Shown: positions 8,240 through 18,896 of the stretch, piece by piece | Numbering within the stretch: the first letter of the stretch is position 1 | Layout of the letters: each line of letters begins with the position of its first letter | DNA from: Candidatus Latescibacterota bacterium | GTDB lineage: Bacteria; Krumholzibacteriota; Krumholzibacteriia; JACNKJ01 | DNA: 64,000 nucleotides | NCBI GenBank assembly: GCA_020633725.1 | Contig: JACKDC010000004.1 | Location: 261,085-325,084 of the forward strand | Direction of reading: 5' to 3' | Position numbers and translations under genes: made by a program | Notes under the pieces: model-generated | Told to the model about the DNA's origin: nothing | Database searches by the model: none | What the model saw: only the letters and a program-made list of their open reading frames with translations

Positions 8240-9301
8240 ATGGCCACGCGCACCGACGACAGGCAGCAGGTCAGCGTCTCGATCTTCCGGAAGCGCCTGC
8301 GCAAGTTCCGCAAGATCAAGCGGGGCTACTACTCCTTCGTGATCCTGCTCACGCTCTACGCCGTGAGCTTCCTGCTGCCCGTGCTCGTGAACAACAAGGC
8401 CATCGTGGTGCGCTACGAGGGCAAGACCTACTGGCCGCTGCTGCACTTCTACCCGTCGACGACCTTCGGTCTCGACAGCGGCGAAGAGCCGGACTACCGC
8501 GAACTGCGGGCGACCCTGGCAGAGAACGGCCGCGGCTTCGCGCTGATGCCGCCCTATCCGTTCCATCCCAACGAATCGCTGCTCGACCTGCCCGGCGAGC
8601 CGCCGCACCACCCCAGCCGCGCGCACTGGTGCGGCACGGACAACCGCGGCCGCGACGTCTTCGCGCGCCTGCTCTACGGCTTCCGCATCTCCATCAGCTT
8701 CGCGCTGATCACCACGCTGGTGGCCTACGCGGTGGGCATCTCGATCGGCGCCATGCTGGGCTACTTCGGCGGGCGCTTCGACATCACCGTGCAGCGCTTC
8801 ATCGAGATCTGGAGCTCGATGCCCTTCCTCTACACGATGATCATCATCAGCTCGATCCTGCAGCCCAACTTCGCGCTGCTGGTGCTGGTGCTGACGCTCT
8901 TCGGCTGGATGGGCATGACCTACTACGTGCGCGGCGAGTTCTATCGGGAGAAGGCGAAGGACTACGTGGCCGCGGCCATCGCCATGGGCGCGAGCAGCCG
9001 GCAGGTGATCTTCCGGCACATCCTGCCCAACGCGTTGACGCCGGTGGTGAGCTTCGCGCCCTTCGCGGTGGTGGGCTACATCGGCTCGCTGGTGAGCCTC
9101 GACTACCTGGGCTTCGGCCTGGCGCCGCCCACCCCGAGCTGGGGCCAGCTCGTGCAACAGGGCATGGACGACGTCACCACCGCCTGGTGGCTGGTCCTCA
9201 CGCCCCTGGCCGCGCTCTTCTTCACCCTGCTCATGGTGACCTTCATCGGCGAGGCCGTGCGCGAGGCCTTCGACCCCAAGGTCTTCTCGAGGTTGCGCTA
9301 G
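8240..9301 (+). CDS. ABC transporter permease (OppC/YejE-like)
   Basis: Binding-protein-dependent transport permease features; 7 nt after upstream stop (track start 8237 is GTG; ATG at 8240). Confidence 0.8.
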   Translation: MATRTDDRQQVSVSIFRKRLRKFRKIKRGYYSFVILLTLYAVSFLLPVLVNNKAIVVRYEGKTYWPLLHFYPSTTFGLDSGEEPDYRELRATLAENGRGFALMPPYPFHPNESLLDLPGEPPHHPSRAHWCGTDNRGRDVFARLLYGFRISISFALITTLVAYAVGISIGAMLGYFGGRFDITVQRFIEIWSSMPFLYTMIIISSILQPNFALLVLVLTLFGWMGMTYYVRGEFYREKAKDYVAAAIAMGASSRQVIFRHILPNALTPVVSFAPFAVVGYIGSLVSLDYLGFGLAPPTPSWGQLVQQGMDDVTTAWWLVLTPLAALFFTLLMVTFIGEAVREAFDPKVFSRLR

Positions 9302-9302
9302 C

Positions 9303-10306
<1,004 letters not shown>

Positions 10307-10310
<4 letters not shown>

Positions 10311-11347
10311 GCCGGGGCAAGCCTCAGGTCGCGACGTCGGGCGAGCTGCTGCGGGTGGAGAACCTGGACGTCCGCTATCCCATCTTCGGCGGCGTGATGC
10401 TGCGCAAGGTGGCCGAGGTCCACGCGGTGGACGACGTGAGCTTCGCCGTTCGACCGGGCGAGACGCTCGGTCTGGTGGGGGAGTCCGGCTGCGGCAAGAG
10501 CACGGTGGGGCGCGCGCTGCTGAACATCCTGTGGACGACGGCGCCGGACGTGGAGATCAAGGGCCACGCCTACTTCAACGCGGACGGCCGCGCGGTGGAC
10601 CTACTGCCGCTGAACCGACGGCAGATGCGGCCCTACCGCAGCGAGCTGCAGATGATCTTCCAGGACCCCTACAGCTCGCTGAATCCGCGCCTCACCGTTG
10701 GACAGATCATCGAGGAACCCCTGACCCTACACAGGTCCGGCATGGGGCGCGCCGAGCGCATCGAGCGCGTGGGCTGGCTGCTGGACAAGGTGGGCCTCAG
10801 CGCCGAGCAGAGCCACCGCTACCCGCACGAGTTCTCGGGCGGACAGCGCCAGCGCATCGGGTTTGCGCGCGCGCTGGCCACCAACCCCAAGCTCATCATC
10901 GCCGACGAGCCCGTCAGCGCCCTGGACGTGTCCATCCAGGCGCAGGTCATCAACCTGCTCATGGACCTGCAGCAGGAGTTCGGGCTCACCTACGTCTTCA
11001 TCGCGCACGACCTCAGCGTCGTGGTGCACATCAGCACGCGCATCGCGGTGATGTACCTGGGCTGCATCGTCGAGATCGGCGACGCGAAGGACGTCTACCA
11101 CCGCCCGCTGCATCCCTACAGCAAGGCGCTGCTCAGCGCCGTGCCGCGGCCGGATCCCAGCAAGGCGGGCAAGGCGAAGCGGATCATCCTCAAGGGCGAC
11201 GTGCCTACGCCCATCAACAAGCCCAGCGGCTGTGCCTTCCGCACGCGCTGTCCGATCGCGAAGCCCGACTGCGCCGCGGCGCGCCCGCCGCTGGTGGAGG
11301 TCAATCCCGGGCATTTCGCGGCGTGTCCGTACCACGCGGAGATGTAG
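10307..11347 (+). CDS. ABC transporter ATP-binding protein (OppF-like)
   Basis: Walker [10 protein letters not shown], signature FSGGQRQR, Walker [13 protein letters not shown]; GTG start overlapping upstream stop (GTGA). Confidence 0.9.
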
Positions 11348-11513
11348 GCGTAGGTACTACCAAGCAGTCGTCTTTGACCGTCTCCACGTCGGTAGGCAAC
11401 TCAGATGGCCCCAGCGATTGAATGATGGTCGAGCTTGCCAGCTCACTTTTGCGGTCTCGGCATGTGACGGAAGAAGGTCCAGGAGTAGCGGTAGACCCGG
11501 AGGCACCAGTGAG

Positions 11514-12335
11514 GTGACCACCCACGAACTCCATTTCGTGGCTCAACTTATTCTCTGCCTCTGCTGGACTGCAAGCACGGGCGCCGTCGCCCCATTGAGG
11601 GCCGCGGAGCAGAGCCGGCCCGTTCAAGCAGACACTTTGGCATTGAATACGTCTGGGTCAGGATTCGAGGCGACGGGCCTGAGGAACTACCGTGTCTTCC
11701 GGTGCGGCACAGCAGTCGATAGCGTGAAGAGCATCTTTCCTGGCTTGCTCAACCCTCAGAATGCCGACGCAGAAGGAAGCTACAGGCCGCTGAACGCCAT
11801 GATGGACATCAGGGTACCTGAGTTGGACTACATGCTGGATGGGTTCGATCCGGATTCGATTCTTCCTGGAACGAAAGCCTATCAAAGCATCCGCGGAGTG
11901 ATCATGGCGAGTCCCGAGATGCAGAACATCCTCGACGGAAACAGCCTCTTCTACCAGGTGTCGCTTGACCCGAACGCGATTTCATTCCAGGCATTCGAGG
12001 TGAGCTTCCCTTGGACGAGAAGTACTGTTAGTGCCAAGGGTGAAGCGTCCAATTGCGAGGAAAGTGTGCGGTTCACAAAGGCTGCATATGAAGCGGGTTG
12101 CGAGTTCGCGAAGACGATGAACCGTCGGGCGTGGTCCCCGGGGACGACTCTGGACTACAAACTCGCCAACGATGTGGATTTCTATTCGGTGTCGGCGCTC
12201 ACCAGGACCAGCAAGGACACTGCCGCCGGGACCGTATCCCTCTTGGTGTTACTCTACAGCGTAGAGGACGAGGCACTCGTTGCTGAGTCCATGCCAGCGG
12301 TTAGCTACCGGCGCCGTGCTTTCAGCCGCCCCTGA
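11514..12335 (+). CDS. hypothetical secreted protein encoded in a lower-GC island
   Basis: Long stop-free frame through a visibly AT-richer stretch (~11.4-12.3 kb); proposed GTG start 11514 with GGAGG 11499-11503; signal-peptide-like FVAQLILCLCWTASTGAVAPLRA; no family recognised. Confidence 0.4.
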   Translation: MTTHELHFVAQLILCLCWTASTGAVAPLRAAEQSRPVQADTLALNTSGSGFEATGLRNYRVFRCGTAVDSVKSIFPGLLNPQNADAEGSYRPLNAMMDIRVPELDYMLDGFDPDSILPGTKAYQSIRGVIMASPEMQNILDGNSLFYQVSLDPNAISFQAFEVSFPWTRSTVSAKGEASNCEESVRFTKAAYEAGCEFAKTMNRRAWSPGTTLDYKLANDVDFYSVSALTRTSKDTAAGTVSLLVLLYSVEDEALVAESMPAVSYRRRAFSRP

Positions 12336-12393
12336 GTTCGGCGGGCCAGATCGAGTGTCTTCAGCCCTGGGATCCCAGAACAACAGGCGCTCT

Positions 12394-12891
12394 CTACTCC
12401 CAGAACGTCACGACGCCCGCCGGCAGGCTGTCGGCGAAGGCCTCGAGGCGGAACTTGCCGCCGGGGCCGTCGGTGGCGCTCAGCCTGAGGCCGTAGACCA
12501 TGGGCTCGAGGCGGCCGAGGGCGAAGACGTCCTGCAGCGAGTCGTTCTCCGCGTAGATCTTGATCTCCAGCGCGCAGGTGTCGCGCACGAAGGCGAAGAC
12601 CGTGGGCATGCTGGAGAAGGGCGACGGGATCGTCTGGTAGCAGACCCGCGCCTTGGCCTCGAGGTCGTAGCCCTCGCAGGGAGGGTCGTAGTTGTGCAGC
12701 GCGGGGACCATGTTCACCGAGCCGAGGGTGACGTGGTGGGCGGCGCCGGTCGTGTCCACGAGCGTCGGGCCGAACATCGGGCCGCGGGGCTGGGCGAAGT
12801 CCCAGATGTCCGTGGAGTCCGGCGCCACCTCCGCGCCGGCCGCAGGCGACAGCAGGAGCAGGGGAAGCAGCGCGAGTAGCAGAGCCTTCAC
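12394..12891 (-). CDS. hypothetical secreted protein
   Basis: Signal peptide MKALLLALLPLLLLSPAAGA; 165 aa; no family recognised. Confidence 0.5.
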   Translation of the reverse strand: MKALLLALLPLLLLSPAAGAEVAPDSTDIWDFAQPRGPMFGPTLVDTTGAAHHVTLGSVNMVPALHNYDPPCEGYDLEAKARVCYQTIPSPFSSMPTVFAFVRDTCALEIKIYAENDSLQDVFALGRLEPMVYGLRLSATDGPGGKFRLEAFADSLPAGVVTFWE

Positions 12892-13049
12892 TGCGTGTCC
12901 TCCGGGTGTGGGCCTTCGAAGCCCCGCTGGCGTGGGATCCTAGGGACCGGGACTCCCGCGGTCAAGCGCCCTCGGCGCCGTCTGTCCAGGTCCATCCCAG
13001 CAAGGACTGTGCTACAATTGTGGCGAACCGCCGGACAGGGGGGACCACG

Positions 13050-15017
13050 ATGAAGCTCGGGCCGGCCATTCTCACGCTCTTGCTGGCAACCTCCGTGGCC
13101 ACCGCCGAGGCCCAGACCTGGGAGGCGGACGACGGGATCTTCAACCCCAGCGGCATTCCCTCGCTGACCTTCTCGCAGCCCCGGCTGGCGGATCTCGACG
13201 GCGACGGCGACCTCGACCTGATCCTCGGCAGCTCCGTCGACGCGCCGCTCTACTTCGAGAACGTCGGCACGCCCACCAGTCCGGCGTTCGCGCGCGGGGA
13301 CGACATCCTCGCTCCCATCGATCCCCTGGACGCCGAGATGGTCGTTGCGGGAGACCTCGACGGGGACGCCGACCTCGACCTCGTCACCGGGGGCTACCTG
13401 GGCCTGCAGCTCTTCACCAATGTCGGCGACCTGCACGCGCCAGCCTTCACGCGGGTCGACGGCTTCTTCGCCGGCCTCGCGGCGGGTTCGCTCCCCGTGC
13501 CGACCCTCGCCGATCTCGACGACGACGGCGACCTGGACCTGCTGGTCGGTCTCAGCGAGGATGGTCGCCTCAAGTTCTATCCCAACCTCGGGACGCCCGT
13601 CGCCGCCGTCTTCACCGAGGCCTCGGCCACGATCTGGTACGACGTCGGCCTCTACGCGTATCCCTGGTTCGCCGATCTCGACGGCGACGGGGACGTCGAC
13701 CTGCTCTCCGGTCGCGACCAGCACGGCTTCGTCTACTATCGCAACATCGGCAACCCGACCACGCCGATCTGGCAAAGCGCCGACGCGCTCTTCACGGGCC
13801 TCGGCGCCGCCACCTACTGGAACTCGCCCTGCCTGGTGGATCTCACGGGCGACGGCCGGCTCGACCTCATCCACGGCACCGACGCGGGGCCCCTGCAGTA
13901 CTACGTCAACACGGGCAGTCTCGAAGTGCCCGCCTGGACCGCGAACACGAGTCTCTTTGGCGGCGTGCTCGACGTCGGCGCGGCCAGCTCGCCGTTCTTC
14001 TTCGACTTCGACGGCGACGGCGACCTGGATCTGGCGAGCGGCAGCCAGCTCGGTGACATCAAGTACTTCGAGAACACCGGCACGGCGGCGGCGCCAGCCT
14101 GGCGCGCCGACCACGCCTACTTCGCCGGCATCGACCACTCGATCTACTCGGCAATCACCCTGGGGGACGTGAACGACGACGGCCTCGCCGACGCGGTTGC
14201 GGGCGACCTGAACGGCCAGCTGTTCTTCCACCCCAACACCGGCAGCGGCTTCGACTATGACGGCGCGGTCTTCACGGGAATCAACCTCGGCGGCTGGTCG
14301 GTGCCGCGCTTCGTGGACATGGACGGCGACCTCGACCTCGACCTGGTGGCCGGCAACGAGGCGGGACAGCTGACCTATCTCGAGAACCAGGGGACCGTCG
14401 CCGCGCCAGCGTGGGTTGTCATCCCCGGCTTCTTCGGCGGGCTCGACGTGGGCAGCAACTGCTCGCCGACCCTCGGCGACTTCGACGGCGACGGCGACCA
14501 GGATCTGATCACGGGGAACCTCTCGCACGCCGTGCGCTACTTCGCGCACGAGGGAGCAAGCTGGGTGGAGGACGCGAGCGTCCTGGCGGGGATCACCGCC
14601 GGCCAGAACGCGGCGCCGGCGCTCGCGGATCTCGACGGCGACGGGGACCTCGACCTCACGATCGGCAACTACGGCGGCACCTTCAACTACTACCGGAACC
14701 CGGGGCCCCCGACCTCCGTGCCGGAGGAGAGCGTGCCGGCCAAGGGGCTCGCGCTCGCCGCCTACCCCAACCCGTTCAACCCCACGACCGTCCTGCGCTT
14801 CCGCCTGAACGTGCCGGCGGCGGTGGAGCTCGCGATCTATGACCTGGCCGGACGCCAGGTCCGAACGCTGTCGACCGGCCCCCTGAGCGCGGGCGATCAC
14901 GAGGCGAAGTGGGACGGCCGCGACGCGCAGGGCACGCCCCTGAGTTCCGGCCTCTACTTTGCGCGCCTGCGCGCCGGCGGCGACCAGAGCGCGACGAAGC
15001 TCGTCCTCCTCAAGTAG
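13050..15017 (+). CDS. FG-GAP/VCBS-repeat protein with T9SS-type C-terminal sorting domain
   Basis: ATG 13050 with AGGGGGG RBS and upstream TGCTACAAT; signal peptide; >8 repeats of DLDGDGDLDL; C-terminus YPNPFNPTTVLRFRL...SGLYFARL...KLVLLK. Confidence 0.75.
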   Translation: MKLGPAILTLLLATSVATAEAQTWEADDGIFNPSGIPSLTFSQPRLADLDGDGDLDLILGSSVDAPLYFENVGTPTSPAFARGDDILAPIDPLDAEMVVAGDLDGDADLDLVTGGYLGLQLFTNVGDLHAPAFTRVDGFFAGLAAGSLPVPTLADLDDDGDLDLLVGLSEDGRLKFYPNLGTPVAAVFTEASATIWYDVGLYAYPWFADLDGDGDVDLLSGRDQHGFVYYRNIGNPTTPIWQSADALFTGLGAATYWNSPCLVDLTGDGRLDLIHGTDAGPLQYYVNTGSLEVPAWTANTSLFGGVLDVGAASSPFFFDFDGDGDLDLASGSQLGDIKYFENTGTAAAPAWRADHAYFAGIDHSIYSAITLGDVNDDGLADAVAGDLNGQLFFHPNTGSGFDYDGAVFTGINLGGWSVPRFVDMDGDLDLDLVAGNEAGQLTYLENQGTVAAPAWVVIPGFFGGLDVGSNCSPTLGDFDGDGDQDLITGNLSHAVRYFAHEGASWVEDASVLAGITAGQNAAPALADLDGDGDLDLTIGNYGGTFNYYRNPGPPTSVPEESVPAKGLALAAYPNPFNPTTVLRFRLNVPAAVELAIYDLAGRQVRTLSTGPLSAGDHEAKWDGRDAQGTPLSSGLYFARLRAGGDQSATKLVLLK

Positions 15018-15024
15018 ACTTGCC

Positions 15025-16416
15025 TCAGCGGCGCCGGACCATGCGCGTTGCGAGCGTCGCGATCCGCACCTTCGCGTACTGCTGCAGCGTGTAGAGCGCC
15101 TCGGCCGTGGACGGCACCTCGGGCTCGGCGATCCACAGCAGCGGGACCAGCGCCGTCCAGCGCAGCAGCCCGGTGAGCCCAAAGAGCACCTGCTCGCTCT
15201 GTAGCTGCAGCGAGCCCAGCGCGAGCGGCGGCGGCAGGAAGGCGCCCGACAGCAGCATGGTTGCCATCATGGCGAGCCCCGCGCACGCGCCGTAGACGCC
15301 CGAGTAGGCCTGCCGCCGTTCGGGCGGCGCGATGGCGAGCACGAAGTTCGTCCCCACCAGGCCCGCGCCCGCCCACATCGCCCCCGAGAAGAAGGCCTCC
15401 ACGAAGAGGATCCCGTAGCTCCCCGCGCTCACGAAGAGCCAGGCCTGGGGGATGAACCCGCCCATCACGATCGAGATCGCCATGGCCGTGCGGTTGCCCA
15501 GGCGGTCGACGATGCGTCCCCAGGCGTGCAGCGAGAGCAGCGCTGCCACCGTGCTGATGGTCGCGTAGATCTGTATCTGCACCAGCGGCATGGCGAGGTT
15601 GGCGATCATGAAGGGCTGCCAGAAGGGCGCGCCCACGCCGATGGCGAGCATCCACCACACGGTGAAGAGGATCAGCCGCCGAAAGTTGGGGTCGCCGAAG
15701 GGTGCGAGCAGCAGAGTGGCGGCGTTGTCGGTCTCGATCGCCTTGGGCAGCTCCGGCTGCCGCCAGAGCAGGAACTGGCCGACGACGCCGATCAGCGACG
15801 CGCCGGCGAATAGCGCGGCGAAGATCGGCAGCAGGTTGGCCTGCGTCGCCCAACCCGGCCGCGCGACGAGCGGCCAGTCGCCGGATGCCTGCACGCCGTC
15901 GAGCAGCAGGCCGAGCAGCGTGCCCGTGGCCGTGCCGGCGAGCAGCAGCCACTGCGAGCGCCGGGCGAAGAAACGCCCGCGGATCTCGCGCGGGATGAGA
16001 TCGCTGATCCACGCCACCCAGACGTTCGCGCTCACCGCCTGCGTCACCGCGCTGCCGAGGAGCAGCACGAGGAAGAGCGCCAGCGCCGCGCGGGCGGGCA
16101 GCAGCAGGGCCAGCACGCCGAAGCCGCCCACGAGCACGCGGCTCGCCAGCGCCCAGCCGACCACGGTGCCCTTGCGCGCCGTGCGCCGCCGCGTGAGCAA
16201 CGCACCGAGCGGCTGAAAGAGCAGCGCGAACTGGCCGATGGCCGCCAGCAGTCCGAACTGCAGCGGACTGGCGCCCAGCAAGACCGCGAACTTGGTGAGA
16301 AAGACGCTGCCCGGCGCCGCCACCGTGAAATGGATCTGCGCGAGCAGCCCCTCGGTGGTGGAGATGCGCGTGGTCCGGACGACCAGGGGATCGCGGCGTG
16401 GATCGTCCTGCTGCAA
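15025..16416 (-). CDS. MFS transporter
   Basis: About 12 hydrophobic segments, MFS-like composition; proposed TTG start 16416 with GGGAG 7 nt upstream (GTG at 16422 alternative); the upstream 780 codons of the track ORF are antisense shadow of CDS 16771..18627. Confidence 0.6.
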   Translation of the reverse strand: MQQDDPRRDPLVVRTTRISTTEGLLAQIHFTVAAPGSVFLTKFAVLLGASPLQFGLLAAIGQFALLFQPLGALLTRRRTARKGTVVGWALASRVLVGGFGVLALLLPARAALALFLVLLLGSAVTQAVSANVWVAWISDLIPREIRGRFFARRSQWLLLAGTATGTLLGLLLDGVQASGDWPLVARPGWATQANLLPIFAALFAGASLIGVVGQFLLWRQPELPKAIETDNAATLLLAPFGDPNFRRLILFTVWWMLAIGVGAPFWQPFMIANLAMPLVQIQIYATISTVAALLSLHAWGRIVDRLGNRTAMAISIVMGGFIPQAWLFVSAGSYGILFVEAFFSGAMWAGAGLVGTNFVLAIAPPERRQAYSGVYGACAGLAMMATMLLSGAFLPPPLALGSLQLQSEQVLFGLTGLLRWTALVPLLWIAEPEVPSTAEALYTLQQYAKVRIATLATRMVRRR

Positions 16417-16466
16417 GTTCACGCTCCCTGGCGCCAGGCCGCCGCCAGCGTCCTGCGGGGGACGGC

Positions 16467-16515
16467 GATGGCCATCCGAAGGCGAGCTTAGTATGAGAGC
16501 CTGAAGATGGCCATC
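16467..16515. promoter_or_regulatory. two copies of the 10-bp palindrome GATGGCCATC (16467-16476, 16506-16515) flanking an AT-richer core in the MFS/16771 divergent intergenic region; operator-like
   Basis: Read directly: ggcGATGGCCATCcgaaggcgagcttagtatgagagcctgaaGATGGCCATCgcc. Confidence 0.35.
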
Positions 16516-16770
16516 GCCGTCCTCGGCACGCTGCGGCGCGCGAGCTTCGAAGCGCGAGCGTAAAGGGGGGCGTCTGCCGCCGCAAGCACGCCCCTTGCAT
16601 GACCGGAGTCGTCCGTGGCGGCGCAAGACGGGCCCCCTTCCCAAGTGCAAGCCATCCAGCAGCTTGCCGGAAGCGCCCGCCGCCGGGGCGGAAGCCGGCG
16701 ATCGGTCCCACACCGCCGGCTGGACGAAAAGCGTCCACCGCCCTCGCCGCCCGCGCCAGGGGGTTCTCCG

Positions 16771-18627
16771 GTGCCGGCTCGCCAGCGACTCACCCGCCTC
16801 GCCGTCCTCGTCCTCTTCGCGCTCGTTCCGCTGCTCGGGATGAGCCCGACCGTCGACGCCAGCGCCGAATCCCCGTCGGGGGAGGCCGCCACGCCCGCCG
16901 TGAAGGCGCCCGACAGCGCCGCGCTGCTGGCGACGCAGCTCCAGGCGGAGCTCACGCGCCTCGGCGAGAACACCGCGGCCTTCGCGCGCAATCCGGTCTT
17001 CCGCCAGCAGGAGCACTGGTACCGCCCCTGGCAGGAGAATGCGATCGTCCTGCTCATGGATCGCGCGCTGGACAACTTCGACAACCTGCTGCTCACCGAG
17101 CTGGTGGATCTGCGCGGGCAGCTGGTGGCCGTCAATGCGCACGACGGCCAGGAAGCGCCGCTGTCCACGCACCTCCTCTATCTCGAGGACTACGGCCGCC
17201 GCCCCTGGTTCACCGCCATGGCCGGCGCCGGTCCCGACGCCGCGCCGCGTCTTGATGGCCCGCTGGCCGACCCGGACGTCTCGCGCATCTACCCGGGCGC
17301 CGCGCCCTGCCTGCGCGTCACGGTGCCCGTGACCGTGGACGGCGAGGTCGTCGCCCTGCTCAGCCACTGCCTGCGCTTCGCGCCGCTCAGCGAGAAGCTG
17401 TCGGCGGCCATGGCGGCGCCGGGCGCCGCACCGGGCCTCACGCTGGCCCTGCTCGCCGCCGACGGTCACCTGCTCGCCGGCACCGTGCCCGGCCTCGGCG
17501 TCAGCGAGAGCGCGCTGCACGAGTATCCCGTCGAGGCGCCGGGCATGAGCCCCTGGGTGCTGCGCGCCTACCTGCCGCAGACGGCGGGCTGGCGCAACAA
17601 GCTGGCCGGCATGCTGCCGCCCCTGCCCGACACCGCCACGCTGCTGCGCTGGCCGGGCCGCATCTTCGCGATCACGGGGACGCTGATCCTGCTGCTGCTC
17701 GGCGCCGGCCTGCTGCGCGCGCGGCGTGCGGCGGTTCGTCCGGCGAGTCCGGGCCGTCCGCCCATGGCCGTGCCCCGCGGTCCGCTGACGCCCGCCGAGA
17801 AGGCCCTCGAACTGCTCAACGCCTCCTTGGGCGCCATGCTCGGCACGCTGCACGCGCTGGCCGGCGGCAGCCAGGACCTGGCCGAGCGTCGCCTCGATCC
17901 CGCCATCGCCAGCGGGCCGGGCTCCACGCGCGGCGCCCTGCGCCGGGTGGCCGGCCTGCGCGAGCTGCTGGGCGGGCTGGACAAGCACGTGACGGGCTGC
18001 CGCGAGGGCGGTCTCGCCGCGCCGATGCGTCAGGCCGTGGACATCTTCGGCCGCGTGGGTCGCCAGATGGAGGCGCTGGTCGAGCCGCTGCTCGAGACCG
18101 AGCGCCGCCTGGCGAGCCTTCCGCGTCACGGCCTCCGGTCCGGCGCGGAGCTGGACAACTACCACGCGCTCAGCGCATCGGTGCACCGCACCCTCGGCGT
18201 GATGAGCGCGCTGCAGGGCGCGCTGGGACGTCTCCCGCGCAAGGTCCTGCGCGGCGAGTGGTCGCCCGGCGAGGCCGGCGCCAGCGACTGGCAGCGCGTC
18301 GTCGACGAACTCCACGAACTGCTGCTGCTGCTCGCCCGCCAGGTGGGCGCCACGCTCAAGCTCCTCGAGCTGATGCCCGCGAGCGCGGGATCGGTGATCG
18401 AGGTGCGCGACGTGAGCGCGGCCGTCCTGGCCGGCCGGTCGGCGCTGGCCGCGTCGGCGAGCGTCGGCGGGGCGGCGACCGTCGTCCTGGGCGGCGATGG
18501 GGACGGTGACTCCGCGGCGGCGGCCGAAGCGACCGCCGAGCCCGAGCCCCGCTATCACGAGGCGGCCGCCAGCGCGGCGGCGCCTTCCACCCCACGCTTC
18601 GAGGTGCTCGGCGGCAGCCGCAACTAG
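16771..18627 (+). CDS. hypothetical two-TM membrane protein with periplasmic sensor-like domain, no recognisable output domain
   Basis: Proposed GTG 16771 with AGGGGG RBS; N-terminal TM/signal LTRLAVLVLFALVPLLG, second TM IFAITGTLILLLLGAGLL, helical C-terminal region; no kinase/MCP motifs seen. Confidence 0.45.
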   Translation: MPARQRLTRLAVLVLFALVPLLGMSPTVDASAESPSGEAATPAVKAPDSAALLATQLQAELTRLGENTAAFARNPVFRQQEHWYRPWQENAIVLLMDRALDNFDNLLLTELVDLRGQLVAVNAHDGQEAPLSTHLLYLEDYGRRPWFTAMAGAGPDAAPRLDGPLADPDVSRIYPGAAPCLRVTVPVTVDGEVVALLSHCLRFAPLSEKLSAAMAAPGAAPGLTLALLAADGHLLAGTVPGLGVSESALHEYPVEAPGMSPWVLRAYLPQTAGWRNKLAGMLPPLPDTATLLRWPGRIFAITGTLILLLLGAGLLRARRAAVRPASPGRPPMAVPRGPLTPAEKALELLNASLGAMLGTLHALAGGSQDLAERRLDPAIASGPGSTRGALRRVAGLRELLGGLDKHVTGCREGGLAAPMRQAVDIFGRVGRQMEALVEPLLETERRLASLPRHGLRSGAELDNYHALSASVHRTLGVMSALQGALGRLPRKVLRGEWSPGEAGASDWQRVVDELHELLLLLARQVGATLKLLELMPASAGSVIEVRDVSAAVLAGRSALAASASVGGAATVVLGGDGDGDSAAAAEATAEPEPRYHEAAASAAAPSTPRFEVLGGSRN

Positions 18628-18647
18628 AGCTTCATGTTCCTCCCAAG

Positions 18648-18665
18648 CCCGCCCCCGGGGGCGAG
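18648..18665. repeat. REP-like palindrome CCCGCCCCCGGGGGCGAG (copy 4), 21 nt after stop of CDS 16771..18627; extra GGGGGCGGG half-site at 18694-18702
   Basis: Read from sequence. Confidence 0.55.
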
Positions 18666-18738
18666 TCGGATCTCCAGGGTCCGAGTCGCAGTCGGGGGCG
18701 GGTTCTCGCTTGCCTGCCGTTTTCTCCGCACTCGCCTC

Positions 18739-18767
18739 TTGACCTAGCCTCAATGATACTATACATT
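18739..18767 (+). promoter_or_regulatory. sigma70-like promoter TTGACC-N17-TACATT of duplicated element (copy 2)
   Basis: Same architecture and conserved atactatacatt block as 1831-1859. Confidence 0.45.
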
Positions 18768-18774
18768 AGCATCC

Positions 18775-18875
18775 TATGCAAGGGGTAAAGTCCCGGTTTT
18801 GTGGAGGTTGCACGGCAGCGCCTGGCCCGCACCTCCCGCCCCCGGGGGCGAGCAGGACCACCGGGTCCGGTTTTT
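18775..18875 (+). ncRNA. candidate small RNA (~100 nt): conserved 5' leader, REP palindrome, intrinsic terminator
   Basis: Starts ~7 nt after -10; conserved blocks shared with 1860-1968; ends in hairpin GGACCaccgGGTCC followed by TTTTT (18855-18875); no downstream + strand gene (convergent bat operon end). Confidence 0.3.
18835..18852. repeat. REP-like palindrome (copy 5) inside candidate sRNA
   Basis: CCCGCCCCCGGGGGCGAG. Confidence 0.55.
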
Positions 18876-18896
18876 CGATGGGGACGTCCGCGAGCG

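Noticed and set aside
15025-18753. 1242-aa ORF in the track
   Set aside because: Only the last ~464 codons (MFS transporter, start ~16416) look protein-like; the upstream part is antisense to CDS 16771..18627 and is Arg/Gly-rich
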